64,000 bases of DNA. Source: Epiperipatus broadwayi (taxonomy: Eukaryota; Animalia; Onychophora). The number at the start of each line of letters is the position of its first letter. Positions within the stretch are counted from its first letter, which is position 1. The notes beneath the pieces were generated by a model. The model did not search any database. It saw only the letters and a program-made list of their open reading frames with translations, and was not told the origin of the DNA. The DNA is taken from positions 6,820,001-6,884,000 of the forward strand of contig JAQFVV010000009.1 of NCBI GenBank assembly GCA_028023455.1. Direction: 5' to 3'. The position numbers and the translations under genes were made by a program. This document shows positions 28,065 through 41,501 of the stretch, piece by piece.

Positions 28065-31000
28065 TAATTCTTTTTGAATCGGATGTAAATAAAAATATAT
28101 ATATATAGACATGTATTATTAACTGCCTTAATACAAACTAAAATATATGTAATAGGTACTATACATTTAAACTAATATAAACTATGTAAACTACATGCTT
28201 CATCAATAAAGATTTTTAAAGTAAAATTTAATTATATATATAAAAAATAATATCATTACTTTTAACATAACTATATGAACAACTTAAATCTTGTTGGTTG
28301 ATATTTATAGGTAAATTTAATTGTGAAACTTGTTATATATAGATATTCGAAATGAAAAAAACACCCTAGTATTTTCATTCTCACCTCTGGTTTCCTTCCT
28401 TTACTTTTACAATATATCTATATAATAGATTTATAAATGGCAAAAATTAAGAAATTTGTCTAACAGCAAGTCTTGACAGTTTACCAAAATTGCAATGATT
28501 TAACATGAATTTAAATATTATATTATAACTTGAAAAAAATGTATTTTTATATAACTATATATAACATATTTTGTGTAATAAATGTAGTGCAACTTATAAC
28601 ATCAAGATCATTACAATTGGTTTTGCATACTCTTGACAGTATTTTTTGTTGCTTGGTCAAAATGATCATTATCAGAAGTATTAAAATAATCTTTTTTGAT
28701 TATATATATAGACTTATTTTAAAATTAATTGTAAAAAAATTAATACAGTATTAAATTAATTTGTGTTAAGATTATTAAAAACATAATTATTAATAAAAAT
28801 GTTTAATTTATATATTTAAACATTTAGCACAAATAAAATATTTTTTCCATTTATAAATTTTTAAAATTTCATCATGCTTCTTTGTCCAGAAGAAAACATA
28901 TGCATAACAGGGCTCGACTTAGGCTGTAGACAATATCTAGGTAGTAGATAATAGAATGATCGGTTATAAGGATTGACTGAATAATCATGCCTGACCAAAA
29001 GTATCTTGTCTTCTATGATAACAAGTTGGTTCATCAAAGGCTAATTAATATTTATGATCCAAGTGATCTTTTCTTGGTATTCTTTATTGTTTTTGTTCTA
29101 TTATCTTTATTTTATTGTCTTGGTCAATTTGATTTGTTTAAGACCCAGTTGTCATAAGCTTATCATGCTAATTTTCAGCCCTGCACAGATAATGATGGAA
29201 TTACATGTGTAACCATATTTCTAATCTTAAATACATGCACAACAAATTATAATGCATACTTTGGTTTTATGTCCTTATTTTCTCCTTGCCAAAAGTTTTT
29301 AGTATTGAGAAATGTGATTTTGCACAAAGCAATGTAGTCAATTATGAGTCATTATGTAATTATATTTGAGGTAGAAGTGTTACCCAACAAATGATTGTAT
29401 GCTCAGGCTTTCTTATTTGATATTCAAGAAACCTTTCAGTTCTATTAGAAAGACTTTAAAAAAGAGTATATAAAAATAAACTCATATTATCTGATAAGTT
29501 TGCCATAGTTTGTTACCATCAATTCAAATATTTATTATGCAAACAATTTCAAAGAAAGTCTTTAAATTTTTACAATAAATAAATTGTTTGTATATATATT
29601 TTCAAATAAAAACATTTAGTAGGTACTTATAAATTAATAAATCAAATTGCATTGAACTTTTTTTTTTCTGTTCTAATTGCTTCTTGCTTCAGTATTTAAT
29701 CAAATAGTGCTTGGTATGCCTTTTATTGTTTACATTAGTGTTCCATGTGAATCTTCTATTTTCATTACTAGTTAATTGTCATTCATGAATTTTATCATAC
29801 AAACTACGTTTCTTAAGTTTTACATTTATTCAACAGACAGAGGTTTTAGTCAGAAAAAAAAGTCCTTGTTTGCACAGGTCTAAGGCCAAGTTTAAGAGTG
29901 AAAATAATTGACTTATATTAATTGTAAAGATTGCTATTACTACCAATTACATTACAAAAGAAATTAAAAAAATATTTTTTTGGGTTAGTATTTAATATTA
30001 TAAATAAATGAGTATTTTTTAAATATGTAATTTGAAGTGGTAAGCATGTAATTTATTTATATATAAACATAGTAATTTAAAGTATCTACTCACACTCTCT
30101 TCAACAGTTCTTCAGATTTGCTCATATAAAAGAATTTGAGTCATAGGAATAAGAGGGATTATTTTTATTCCTGCATAAATACTATATCTTGGATTGAAGA
30201 GGAGAGTATTCATTTATTTAACAATCTCAAAAGGCACATGCTCAATTAGCTTGAAAGGCTGATATTGGAATGAAATATCTATAATACTGTAAAAATGTAT
30301 TTTTTATTTTCAGTATTATAAAAATATGCTTTTTTATTTTTATTTTTGAAAGTATATAGATATATAAAAATGTGTTAAAATATTTTGATATATATATACT
30401 AAAAAATTATTTTACTGAAGACAATATATATTGCATCAGATGAGGGATGGGAGAATCATCTGTTATTAAGTATTAGAAGGAAAATAATGGCATTATGTGC
30501 TATTTTTCTGTTTAAACATAATAGAAAAAATTTAATTCATCCAGTATAATATTGATCATTAACTGATGTCATTGTTGATTTACATGGTTTAAATAATTAA
30601 AATATAATCTCAATAAAATAATAGATGAAATGATTAATATTAGTAGCATAAATCAGCTGTATTTATTTTGGGAGTAAGAATACTTCTATATCTTTTAGCA
30701 CTATCATCACATTTGAAGTACTAATTTTTCTTATTATTTCTTAAATATTTTCCTATATAATAATCTACATGCAGTCCAGTACAACGGAAGCATGCAGAAA
30801 CCTCCTGCTATATACCATTTATTTCACAACCACTTGTTAAAATGTATGCTGTGTGAGATTGATAATGGAATAAAAAAAAATGGATGTAATTAGTGCTTTC
30901 AATTTTTAAATAACACTTTTAATGAAATAAATTGTAAAAATGTCAAATACATAAAATCACCTTTATTTTAATATGCATATCTGTACATGTTTCTGGATTT

Positions 31001-32040
31001 TATAGCTTATTTATTTTCTCTCCCCCTTAACTTTTCAAAAATATATGCATATATCAAGTAAAAATTATTCATTAATTATCAACAATAATTTTATAAGATA
31101 GATTCGTAATGCAAAATTTACATTATTTAAGTATCTCCTATTTAAAAAAAAAAAAAAGAATTATAAAGAAAAGAAAAAAAGTAAATGTTGACTGGTTTAT
31201 AAATTATTTCTTATATTATTAAAAGAATGCTAGCATATTGAAATATTTTAAACTATTATTAAAGATTTTATAAAATATAATTGAATCAAGCTCTTACTAG
31301 TAACTTTACTGGAAACTGTAAATAAAATTTATTAAATTATTGTAATTATGTACAGACAATACATAAATAATTTTTTTCATTTCGATATTATCACTAAAGA
31401 AAGTTTATATGTGACACATATGCTGTTGAATATTATTAAAGATAATATATTCTAATGATATTAGATTATGCTGGAATGGACAAATATAGAACCCTGCAGT
31501 GGTCTAATCAAAGATTCAGCATAATTAATGGATGTATAGTCATCAGCAGAATGTGGTAGAAAAAATAATTGTCAGGAATCCTCATCTATACAACGTATTT
31601 AATATTCCTCTATGTATAAGAAACCACAGTTAATGACAACACACATAAACTCTGATTTAAATTCCAATGCATATGAAGAAATGAACTCACACAACTTTAA
31701 TATTATCATAGACTTTAGAGATGGAAAGTAATTTTTAATCATAATTTTTTTTATTATTTATATCTATTAATTTAGCAAATAAACTTGTTTGATGACTTTA
31801 ATTTGTATCTATATTATTTATAAAATTTATTGATGAGCTTGTGTAGTACATTAGCAGAACAACTTGTGTAAGCAATTAGAGCAGCACATTTGGCTATTGT
31901 AAAATCTGCATAATCAAGTAAAATGCTTTATTTAACAATAATATTCGCAAATTTGATATAAATAATACTTCGGCTTGGAAAATTTATGTTGAACATGTCA
32001 AAAGATACATGTTTATAAATAAAATTAACAATGACAAAGT

Positions 32041-32420
32041 TAAAGTGGCTATGCTTTTGTGGTTTTTTGGAAAAGTCATACTGGCAGTGGTAAATCAACT
32101 TTATAACTTAAACCCCTGGAGATGTTCCATATCAGTAGTATAAGTCATGCTTATTTTAAGCCTGCAGCAACTAAATGTATGTCACACCTAAGATTTAGGA
32201 ATAGAAAACAATTATCTCTTGAGAAATATCAAGATTATAATATATCATTGAGAACACTTGTGAAAGAATATAATTTTAATTTTGGGTTGGCTGACATTCT
32301 ATAGGTTCATTTATATGGAATGATGGATAAAAAATTCAGGAAATTTCTATTAAATGAATACATTAAGTCAAAAGTAACAATACATATTTTTCTAAAACAT
32401 AGATTTGCTTACTGAATTAT
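32041..32420 (+). mobile_element. Ty3/Gypsy gag remnant
   Basis: RFRNRKQLSLEKYQDYNISLRTLVKEYNFNFGLADIL*VHLYGMMDKKFRKFLL matches the Gypsy capsid pattern 'F..R.Q..GES..DY...LR.LA..C.F...L.D.L.D....G..D..I...LL'. In-frame stops. Confidence 0.55.
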
Positions 32421-33954
32421 GATGTATCTAATTTTTCAATTAGTCTTTATTAATCACTCATTTAATTAAAAAAATTGGAGACAAAAGAAAAATAATTTAA
32501 TTGCAATAATTTTTTTTTTCTAACTAAATAATATTCTGACTTCAAATACCATTAAAATTAAGCTTACACATTGACACTATCTTTACATCATTTATTAAAA
32601 AAAAAAAAAATTCTTTACCCAGAACAACAGCAAAATCATTTTATAATAACAAACTTTCCATTTATACACTCACTTAAATAACATTCAGTTACCAAACTTT
32701 CAAATATTTATTAAAAATAGATGAACATTAAAAAAAATTTATATTGTCATTGTTGAATTGCTCTCTATTTAAGTTCAATATGACTTCTTTATTTCGTGCA
32801 ATAAATATTAAACTTTGTTGTCATTGCATTATCATATTTGAAGCATCTTCAATCATTTTAATTATAGCAAAATTTTTTATTTAAATTCATCAACATATCC
32901 ATCCAGTTCTAGATTATTGAATTAGGTGTTTAAGTGATTTTTATATGTTATATAGACATCAGTATTGCAGTTTTCATTTTATAATACCACATAATCTATA
33001 TAAAATAATTCACAAAGGAAATGAATTTTTTACTGCATAATTCAGAGGAGACAGGTTTAAACAATTTAAAAACGAAAGATATCGGGGTTTTTTTTTTTTT
33101 TGTTGTCGACAAAAAAAAAACAAAACAAAAACAACAAAAATATATATTGTGCACTTTTTATTAGCCCAGTCTATTCTAAAATAAAATTTTGGTGTATAAT
33201 TTTAAATTTTACAAATCCAATAATATTCACTTATTAAAAGAGGACAATAATGACATATTAGATCATAGGGTTTGAACTCTGGTTTAGCTAATGGAAATTT
33301 ATAAATGATCTTAACTCAAGATACACATAAATAATAACCTATAGAGTTGTATATATGCAGGTGGATGGACAATTAATATATCATTTAGTATTTAAACCAG
33401 GGAAGTTTAAATTGTATTTTGTAAACATGATGCATTATAGAGACCAATAATTATTGTTAATGCGCAGTTGATTTACAAAAAAAAATGTTTATATTCAAAT
33501 CGTATTATATTTAAAAATGAGTAAATATTTATTAATTTTACCAAAATACTGATCTAAAATTAAAACAGTAAATTTCATCTTTATTTAATTTCTAAAAATA
33601 TTATATTTCAATATTTAAAAAAACAACGATAAATTGTCATTTTAAAATAATAAACCAAAAAACTTGCAAGGTAAATTTATGTTGTTATAAACAGAAAAAG
33701 TGGGAAATACCAACCAATCACAATGTGTCAAACAATCTTGTACTATCAAACTGAAGAAAAGAGAAAAGCTTCTTCTTGATCGTAAAGAATAAGTAACTAG
33801 GTTTTTTTTTTTCTTGTGATATATTTTAAAAAAAAGTTGGATTAAAAATTCCTAAAATCTTATTATTTGCAAGCAGAAAAAGTAATGAATTGTAACCGTA
33901 TCGATATATTGGATAATTATAAGCTTTATGTTTAAACTAATGGAATAAATTAAT

Positions 33955-34260
33955 CGTTTTCTACTGGGCAAATCAATGGTCAATAATTCCCAATAATCTC
34001 TTGAAAATTAATAAATATTGAGGAAATAATCAACAAGTATATTCACTGAAAGAGAACAATAACTGTGCCATGGGGAAAATGAATTGCAGTAATAAACCAA
34101 AGTAAATAAATAAACACCGCCAATATTCAGTAAGGATAAATAAAAGAACTGTAAATCTCTGGGAAACAGTTAAGTATTTATATTTAAGATTCGATAGAAC
34201 TAAATTAGGAATAGCTGAAAAGTGTTCATTATCATTCCGGCTACACATAAAATCCTAATG
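33955..34260 (+). mobile_element. Jockey-like LINE RT C-terminal remnant
   Basis: YWANQWSIIPN..K and RINKRTVNLWETVKYLYLRFDRTKL (cf. 'W...W.I.IN..K' and 'VKYLG...D.KL'). Confidence 0.5.
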
Positions 34261-35216
34261 ACAATAAGGGATAGGGGAAGTATTTAATCTGAGCCATACT
34301 GGCGGGAATGTCAGTTTTTATAAAGTTTTAATTGAAAATGTTGCATGACATATATATTTTGATTAAAATCATAAGTGTACCTTATAATATATAAGGAAAT
34401 ATATGTCATCTAGAATAAATAAGTAAGCCATAAATAAATTTTTTGGTATTACTAAACAAAGAACAAAAGGAAGGTTTATTATTGCAATAACCCAAATACC
34501 TCGCGAATCTTAGGATAAGCAGAATCTTCAGAGAAAGAAGGAGAAAATAAAAGTTATAATAAGTTTATGCAGTGTGGAACAATCCGGAACGCTAAGAAAT
34601 TTAAAGTTGTTATTATACTTGTAGTTGAGAATTTAAAAGAGAACTTGTTCCTAATGTTGGTATTTATACTTTTAATCTATGAGTTGTTAGTACGATGGGG
34701 GGGATGACTAAATCATTTAATAAGGAATTAATTCAAGTGTTATATTAATAGTTATTTCATAATTAGGTTGAGATTAAAGATTATTAATCATTTAAGTAAA
34801 CAAATATGCTCAATATCCTAGTATGAAAGGTATAATAGGGTATTTAACACGATATATATGCTGTCCAGAGGGCAGGGTGTGTTTACACATGCGAACGGAT
34901 AAAAAAAGAAAACAATATTTTCTTATGTGAAATATAAAAGTATTAATTTTGTTTTACTTATCAACCTCCAGAATTATAACTATCTTTTCTCCATTGTTTT
35001 TTGGTATTATTACTTATTCATCAAATATGTAACCTTAGTACTATTATTATTTTAGAGGTTGAAATAACAGACCATGAATTGAAAAAAAAAACAAGAGAAT
35101 GATTGTTTAATAAATAGGGGTAAATATCTTAACATACAATGGGGGATTGTTAATTTTGTTTAATTATAACACTCCGAAGATTAATTTTCTATTGTTGTTA
35201 TTATAATATATGTGTA

Positions 35217-36086
35217 CACCTGGGTCTCGTTTTACGCGATAGATAGGTTCCTCAGAAAATACGCGCAAATGAAATCGCGCAAAAATAGACGTAACTTACA
35301 TTGATAAAGGGGGGATGCGGTCTGTGATTTTTCAAAATTCGCGTAAAAGCAAAGCACCAACGTAAAATTACTTTAAAATTCGCGCAAAAAAAAAAAAAAA
35401 TAAGGAAATAAAATATGACTAATAAAAAATTTCAAATTTGAAAAAAATTGATACAAGACAAAACTTTTTTTAACTATAATATTTAATTTTATTCAAAATA
35501 ATATATTTTTTATGCATAATTTACAGTACAGTAATTTACATTTTTTTATACACGTTTTAATTATTATGATTTTCTGGTGACAATGTAATTAGTAACTAAT
35601 CTTAGAGACAATTTTATTAATTGTTTACGAAGCTCGCGATATCCAGACATACAACCATTTAGCTCTCATTGGAATTTAAGAGCATGTTAATGATTAGTGT
35701 CATTAATAAGAAAATAATAATTGATTACGTTCTTTTTTAAAAAGCAAAAACAGAATGTGATTTAAAATGCAAAATTAACACGCACAATGTTTGAACAAAT
35801 TTACATTATAATCTTGTAAAATTTAATATGTGTATACATAAAATGTGGAAATCATGATTTTAATTTCATTGCATAAAATCTTACTATTATAAAGCACTGA
35901 AAATATTGAAATTACTAAGATGAAAGTCGAATTCCAATAATGTGCTATTACTTTCAATATAACGTAATTGCATGAAATTTATTATTTAAAGTAATAGCGC
36001 ATTATCGGAAATCGACTTCCGGTGAAACACGAATCGCGTAACTTCAAAATCATGTTAAATAAGTCCGCGTAAAAAGAGACCCAGGT
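35217..36086. mobile_element. 870-bp non-autonomous Tc1/mariner (pogo-like) MITE
   Basis: TIRs CACCTGGGTCTC(G)TTTTACGCG / CGCGTAAAAGAGACCCAGGTG flanked by TA on both sides (35215-35216, 36087-36088). CpG-rich and therefore probably young; no transposase. Confidence 0.85.
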
Positions 36087-37699
36087 GTATATCATTTTGT
36101 TATAAGTTATTTTAAATTAGATGTTAATGGTAATGTTTATTGTAATCATTTGTAATGAATATTATTAAAATTATTGTTTTGAAAATTTTATCAAATTCTA
36201 AATGTTGCATTTCTTTTCTGGGCTCATTTTCACCACATCACATAACTCAAAATGTACAGGCGAAATTAATATGAAAGTCAATTCAGTTTAGAGCAAATCT
36301 AACAGTTTAATAAGCATAAATCTCTTAATAAAGATTTTTTACTTGTTACATGCTGCCTTGATCCCATAAGTCATTGATGACATTGCCAATTATTAAAGTG
36401 TATATTAATATGAAATTAATTAAATGATACATTAATTATTAGTGAAAGTATTAGTGTTAATCACAGTTTAGTTAATAATATTATTTTAATATTAAGTATT
36501 AAAGAACATAAATATAAAGCTTGATTATAGATTTAAATTATAAGCTTTTCTTAATTTGTGCACTATCCATGGAAATCTGTAAAATCCCTCTTGATATTCC
36601 AAAGTAGTATGAAGAATTAATAAATCAATGATTTTCCTGAGATCTCTTTATTATAAAGTTATTCTTGTGATTATTGCCAATCTTAATTATTAAAAATAAT
36701 AGGAATCATAGTTTATCTGTAATTATCTAACAGATTAACTTAATGAGTGATTGAATTAAAACTTAATAGTTATAAACATAATATAATATATTGGATATTA
36801 TTGTTAGCCATGAGAGTATGTAAATGCTTAATAAGGCAGAGTATCTGGGTATTCTTATGCCATTGAACAAATATTTTGTATTTGTTTAATGTTAAGGGGA
36901 TGTGATCTGTTTATAGGTAAACAAGTCTCACATTATTTATATTTAAAATGTCTTATCTTAGAAATGTTCAATCATGTAAAAGTAACTTGGGATGAATATT
37001 AGCCATATCTAAATTCAATTGTTATAGTTGAAGAAATGGTCAGGAAATAGTCAGTCTGTTAATAGTACCTAGCCAGAGTCCAAGTAGGGCCTAATGAAGG
37101 GACTTGGCAACTCTGCTTAGGTCGTACCACCTATAGACAGGTCACAATGTATATGCAATTTTGCATTAAATACTAAAATTTTCAATTTAAAATTTTAAGC
37201 TTATTATATTGAGGCTTGGAATATTTTTATGAAATATATTATAGATGTGAATTGACTGCATTATTAGTAATTGAAGAAAAGTGTGATATTTGACACAATA
37301 AAAATGAAAGAGTAGCTACTTAACAATATAGTATTTTAAAGGCATAAGTTATGCAGATAATAAACTATCTATCACCTTGACAGCATGGTAGCTGGTTTTA
37401 AAGGCATAAGTTCAACACTAACTAAAAGGCTTTTAAGAATGATTGATAGATTCAAATTTTTATAGACATAAATAGTTCATTAGCAGTTTTCTGGACAAAT
37501 TGAAAGTAATATATATTCTTATAAAATGATATAATTTTAAATCATTCAGCAATTCTTTATATGAGTGTTATATTTTGAACAATTAAAAATACTATTTGAA
37601 TCATTTTTTGAATACGTACTTGGATAAGAATTTGAATGACTTTTTTAAAATGAAATTTTGATTCAGCCTAATCATTTAAATTTTGACAAGATATCCTTA

Positions 37700-38650
37700 A
37701 TGAAATTAAAACAACTCTTTATATTTTTAAGTATGGATATGCTGCAGGTTTTGATGGAATATCTAAAGTTTTAAAATATACTGTTTATATGTTAGTTTCT
37801 AAACTCCTTTAGTGTTTTTAGAAATATGTGAACCCATTAAATTGTGTAACTGATGCTGCTATTGATTTAGTTGATTAAAAATAAAGGGGATAGAAAAGTA
37901 TCAGTAATTTTAGTATAATATTGTTCCAGACTGCAGCAAACATATTTTCAATACTTCAATAATTTTATTGAATAGATAGCTTCCAATCATAGATGAATGC
38001 TTACAAGAGACTTTTAGAATATCAAGAAATACTACAATAGTTTTTATTACCAGAGAAATTTGAACATAGTTTTATGGATGAAATTGATAGCACCATAGTT
38101 TATTCATATTATATAGCTTTTATATTAATATTTGTTAGAAAATATTACTGTTGATGGGAAATCTGAGTTACTTGAAATAAAAACTGTTGATAAATATGGA
38201 TATCTACTAAGTTGAAATTTGTTTTTCATTTTATGATAATGATATTGCGAATAGTTATAAGCAACTTGTGAAAATAAGATGCTATATTAATTTGCTAGGG
38301 AGTTTTAAACTTGAGCTAATTAAAAATAAACAATATCTTTTTTCTTTTGGATTCTTTATTATAAGATGTTGATGATTGTGCTATTTTTTTTTTTTTTTTT
38401 ACCAATTCAAAGGATTGGGGTTTTGCACAATTTTTAAAACATTCAAATGTTTTATTAGTTAGTAATAGAAGAAAAATCTTTTATAACTTATAGCTTGGAT
38501 TATTATCAGGTTGTAATAGTTAACCATTTAAATATTTTGGTTAGTTTTTAATAGAAAAATGTTTTAGATGTAGAGATGCAACACATTCTCAATATTCTTA
38601 ATGCTACATTTAGCAAGTTTAAACATAGGATATTTCATCATAATAATAGA
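37700..38650 (+). mobile_element. Decayed CR1/L2-like RT remnant
   Basis: GFDGISKVLK (37747) ... K*RG*KSISNFSIIL..ANIF (cf. 'GPDGIS..LLK', 'KKGD...SNYRPISL..SKIF'). Boundaries approximate. Confidence 0.5.
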
Positions 38651-38727
38651 TGGAGCACTTTTCTCTTAGTGATAAAACTATTTAAATCATATTAGTTAAT
38701 ATATTAAGATATTATTCTGCCAAATTT

Positions 38728-39267
38728 TTGAATAGAAACCCCCCCCCCCCCATATTTTTTAACCATAAAAAACTTAAGAAGATAATTTTATTAAGAAATG
38801 TAACAATCCCCTACATTCCTAAAATATCTAACAAACTAATGAAAGCATTAAACGATAAATTTAACATAGCAATTAGAACTCCACCTAATTCTAATAGATT
38901 GCTTAACAACTCTAAAGACCACATTGATCAATCGTTCACCCCACACGTGGTGTACTCTATTGCCTGCCCTCAGGCTGGATGCCATGCTATATATTATGGT
39001 GAAATGAAAGCTACAATCAATACTAGACTGGGTCAACATATTTACACATTTAACAGAGCTCAGAAAAATAGCAACACGTCCTCTGTATTCTTGGAGCATG
39101 CTAAACAATCTGGACACAACTTCACACCCGCCAATCCCATAATATTGTGCTCAGAATCAAATGATCACAAAAGAAAAATAAAGGAGGCATTTTACATCAA
39201 TGGAAACATCCATGCCATTAATAGAAAGGATACTTGCTTCGAGATCTCGAAGAAATGGGCTACGTAA
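38728..39267 (+). mobile_element. 5'-truncated Penelope-like element: GIY-YIG endonuclease ORF end
   Basis: Uninterrupted 179-aa frame with IPYIPKISNKL, VVYSIACPQAGCHAIYYGE..TRLGQH, EHAKQSGHNF, KRKIKEAFYI..AINR, which is the PLE GIY-YIG signature including the CCHH residues. No RT upstream. Confidence 0.9.
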
Positions 39268-39320
39268 TACTAGCTTATTTGAATATTTGTATTTGCATAT
39301 TTTATTATACATTTTATGAA

Positions 39321-39361
39321 GGCTATGAATATGAGGCATGGATCCTCGAAAACGTTAAGCC
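39321..39361 (+). ncRNA. Degenerate minimal type I hammerhead in the Penelope 3' UTR/pLTR
   Basis: Stem I GGCT/AGCC; core ATGAATA (2 changes from CTGANGA); extra T; stem II GAGG-CATGGAT-CCTC; GAAA; palindromic stem III AACGTT; triplet TTA. Probably inactive. Confidence 0.6.
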
Positions 39362-39516
39362 GATAAACTTTAATACTAATTAATATCTTCTCTAATTAAC
39401 AATTATATATTTTACATATAGTGAGAAGTAAAGCTATATTTATTACATAATAGTTCTGAAATATGAATGTGATGATAAGAGAAAATCTTTGTTGAATTGA
39501 CATATAAAACAAATAA

Positions 39517-39796
39517 ATGATTGATAACAGATTTTCTAGAGTATTTTATGCTAAACTTGAAAATAATTTTTGTAATAAGGGCAAATATAGTGTGCATTAT
39601 AGATTACTTCAAAAAATATTCTATAGAGGTGCAATATTGATTGTTTTTCATGAAAAATGATTGATAACAGATTTTCTAGAGTATTTTATGCTAAACTTGA
39701 AAATAATTTTTGTAATAAGGGCAAATATAGTGTGCATTATAGATTACTTCAAAAAATATTCTATAGAGGTGCAATATTGATTGTTTTTCATGAAAA
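39517..39796 (+). repeat. Perfect 140-bp tandem duplication
   Basis: ATGATTGATAACAG...CATGAAAA at 39517-39656 and 39657-39796. Confidence 0.95.
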
Positions 39797-40570
39797 ATAT
39801 ATGGCTGAGAATAAAATACAACGGAGAGCTATAATAAGGGGGATGTTGAAATCTTTCAAAAGGATAATTTATTGTGGAGGAAAGAGATTGATTTATATAG
39901 TTATTGCAAAACTGATCTTTGGTTTTCATCTTCTGAAGTTAGAATGACAGTTATTATATATAGCTGTATATAATAATGATGGATAATTATATATATATCT
40001 AAATGTTCCATTAAATATTAATTTGAGTAAATATAATTTGAAAATAAAATAATATTCAGATTTTCCAATCTTCGAAATATTTTGACTTTTGTAGTGGTGT
40101 TCAGCATAACAATTTCTGAATTTTTGCTGTCATAAAATAAAACAGTTTTCTGTTTCGATCATCAATATAATATCTTTTCATTGAATAAGTAAAAATGATT
40201 GAATCTCTAAGAGTTTCCAAATTATTTCTGAAATTTGAGATTGATAAATGAAAAAAAAAAAACCAAATGTTGTTAAAATCTAAAAATAAAAATTTATTCT
40301 GTTATGGGATCACTTGATATGGAATGATTCATTTGGTCTTTTTTTTTTTTATGTGTGTTATTTATTTTTGTGTTTGGATGCATTTCATTTAATTAAATCA
40401 TTTTTTTTTAATCAAAAGTTTCTATTAATTTTTTTTTTTTCTGCATTACAGTATGAAGTCAAAAATTAAAAGAAATTAATCTAAAGTTTTTTTAATAATT
40501 GAATAATAAAACATTTTTAAATTAACAGAAGTAGTGCTTAAAAAAAATTAACAATCTGTAGCAATTATTA

Positions 40571-41038
40571 GGGATCACTCCACTATACATGCACTATATA
40601 GATTTAAACACTTGAGGAATACTCCCCTTTCCAAATACAAGATAAATTCTTTTGAAAATATAGAATGAATCCACTCTATTTTTTTTAATCTAAATGTATA
40701 ACGTAAATTTTAAGTATTTGGAAATGAGAGCGTGAAGATATTAATCACTTTTAATTCCACTTACATGTTTTAATGATTAACATTTGCAAAATTTTTACAA
40801 TTTACAGTACATAAAATATTAGATATAATATTAAACATATATAAAAAGGTATTTTTTGTTTGTTCTACTTCACACGCGCTGTATAGATTATTCTAAATGC
40901 TTAAGATTTGCATATACATATAAGTTTAGGTTAAAAAGATAGAGTGGATTCATTTTATCTTTTCAAAAGACTATATTGAATTGGAAATGAGAGTATACTT
41001 AAGCATTTGAATCTATACAGCGTGTAGTAGAATGATCC
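40571..41038. mobile_element. Fold-back/MITE-like element with long imperfect TIRs
   Basis: Left arm GGATCACTCCACTA..TTTTGAAAA..ATGAATCCACTCTAT matches the reverse complement of ~40900-41038. A nested inverted repeat lies at ~40873-40905 / 40997-41025. Confidence 0.6.
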
Positions 41039-41281
41039 TAATGCTTGTTAAAAATCATTTTATTATTATATTGCCTCTGAATTGTTTAAATCTTTTACTC
41101 TTTTTATCATAAGTAAAAATGGTGTCTTGAAAATTTAATGAAATTAAATTACAATAAAGAATAATATTTTTGTAGTGCAATTTCACCACACCATTCCCAT
41201 GCAAGGCATGGAATGGTTTCTATTCACTTTTAACACCTTGTGGAGGTATGTAATCGGAAACGTGACCAAAGATGTATGATT

Positions 41282-41327
41282 CCCCGAAGGTGCACATTTC
41301 ATGCTAAATCAGCACTCATCACTTGGG
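41282..41327 (-). ncRNA. Degenerate hammerhead relic related to 21374-21405
   Basis: Minus strand CCCAAG-TGATGA-GTGCTG-ATT-TAGCAT-GAAA-TGTGCACCTTCGGGG. C3 is lost or changed. Confidence 0.35.
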
Positions 41328-41501
41328 CTACACCACAATCTCTACACATATCTTTATCATTGTTTAGTATATATATAAATATGTAGATAGCAAATTACTA
41401 CAATTTAATTGACACATGTCAAACGTGCTGCTCTTACAACTTTGACACAGATTATTTACTGAAAATATATTATTTTTTATTTGTCATTTATTAGTCTAGA
41501 G

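Noticed and set aside
32077-32103. P-loop-like HTGSGKSTL.
   Set aside because: Immediately followed by a stop and in frame with a decayed Gypsy gag; most likely coincidental.
3056-38750. Long C/G homopolymers (e.g. 3056-3070, 6553-6565, ~38740) in AT-rich DNA.
   Set aside because: Isolated runs inside decayed elements, consistent with slippage; no shared context.
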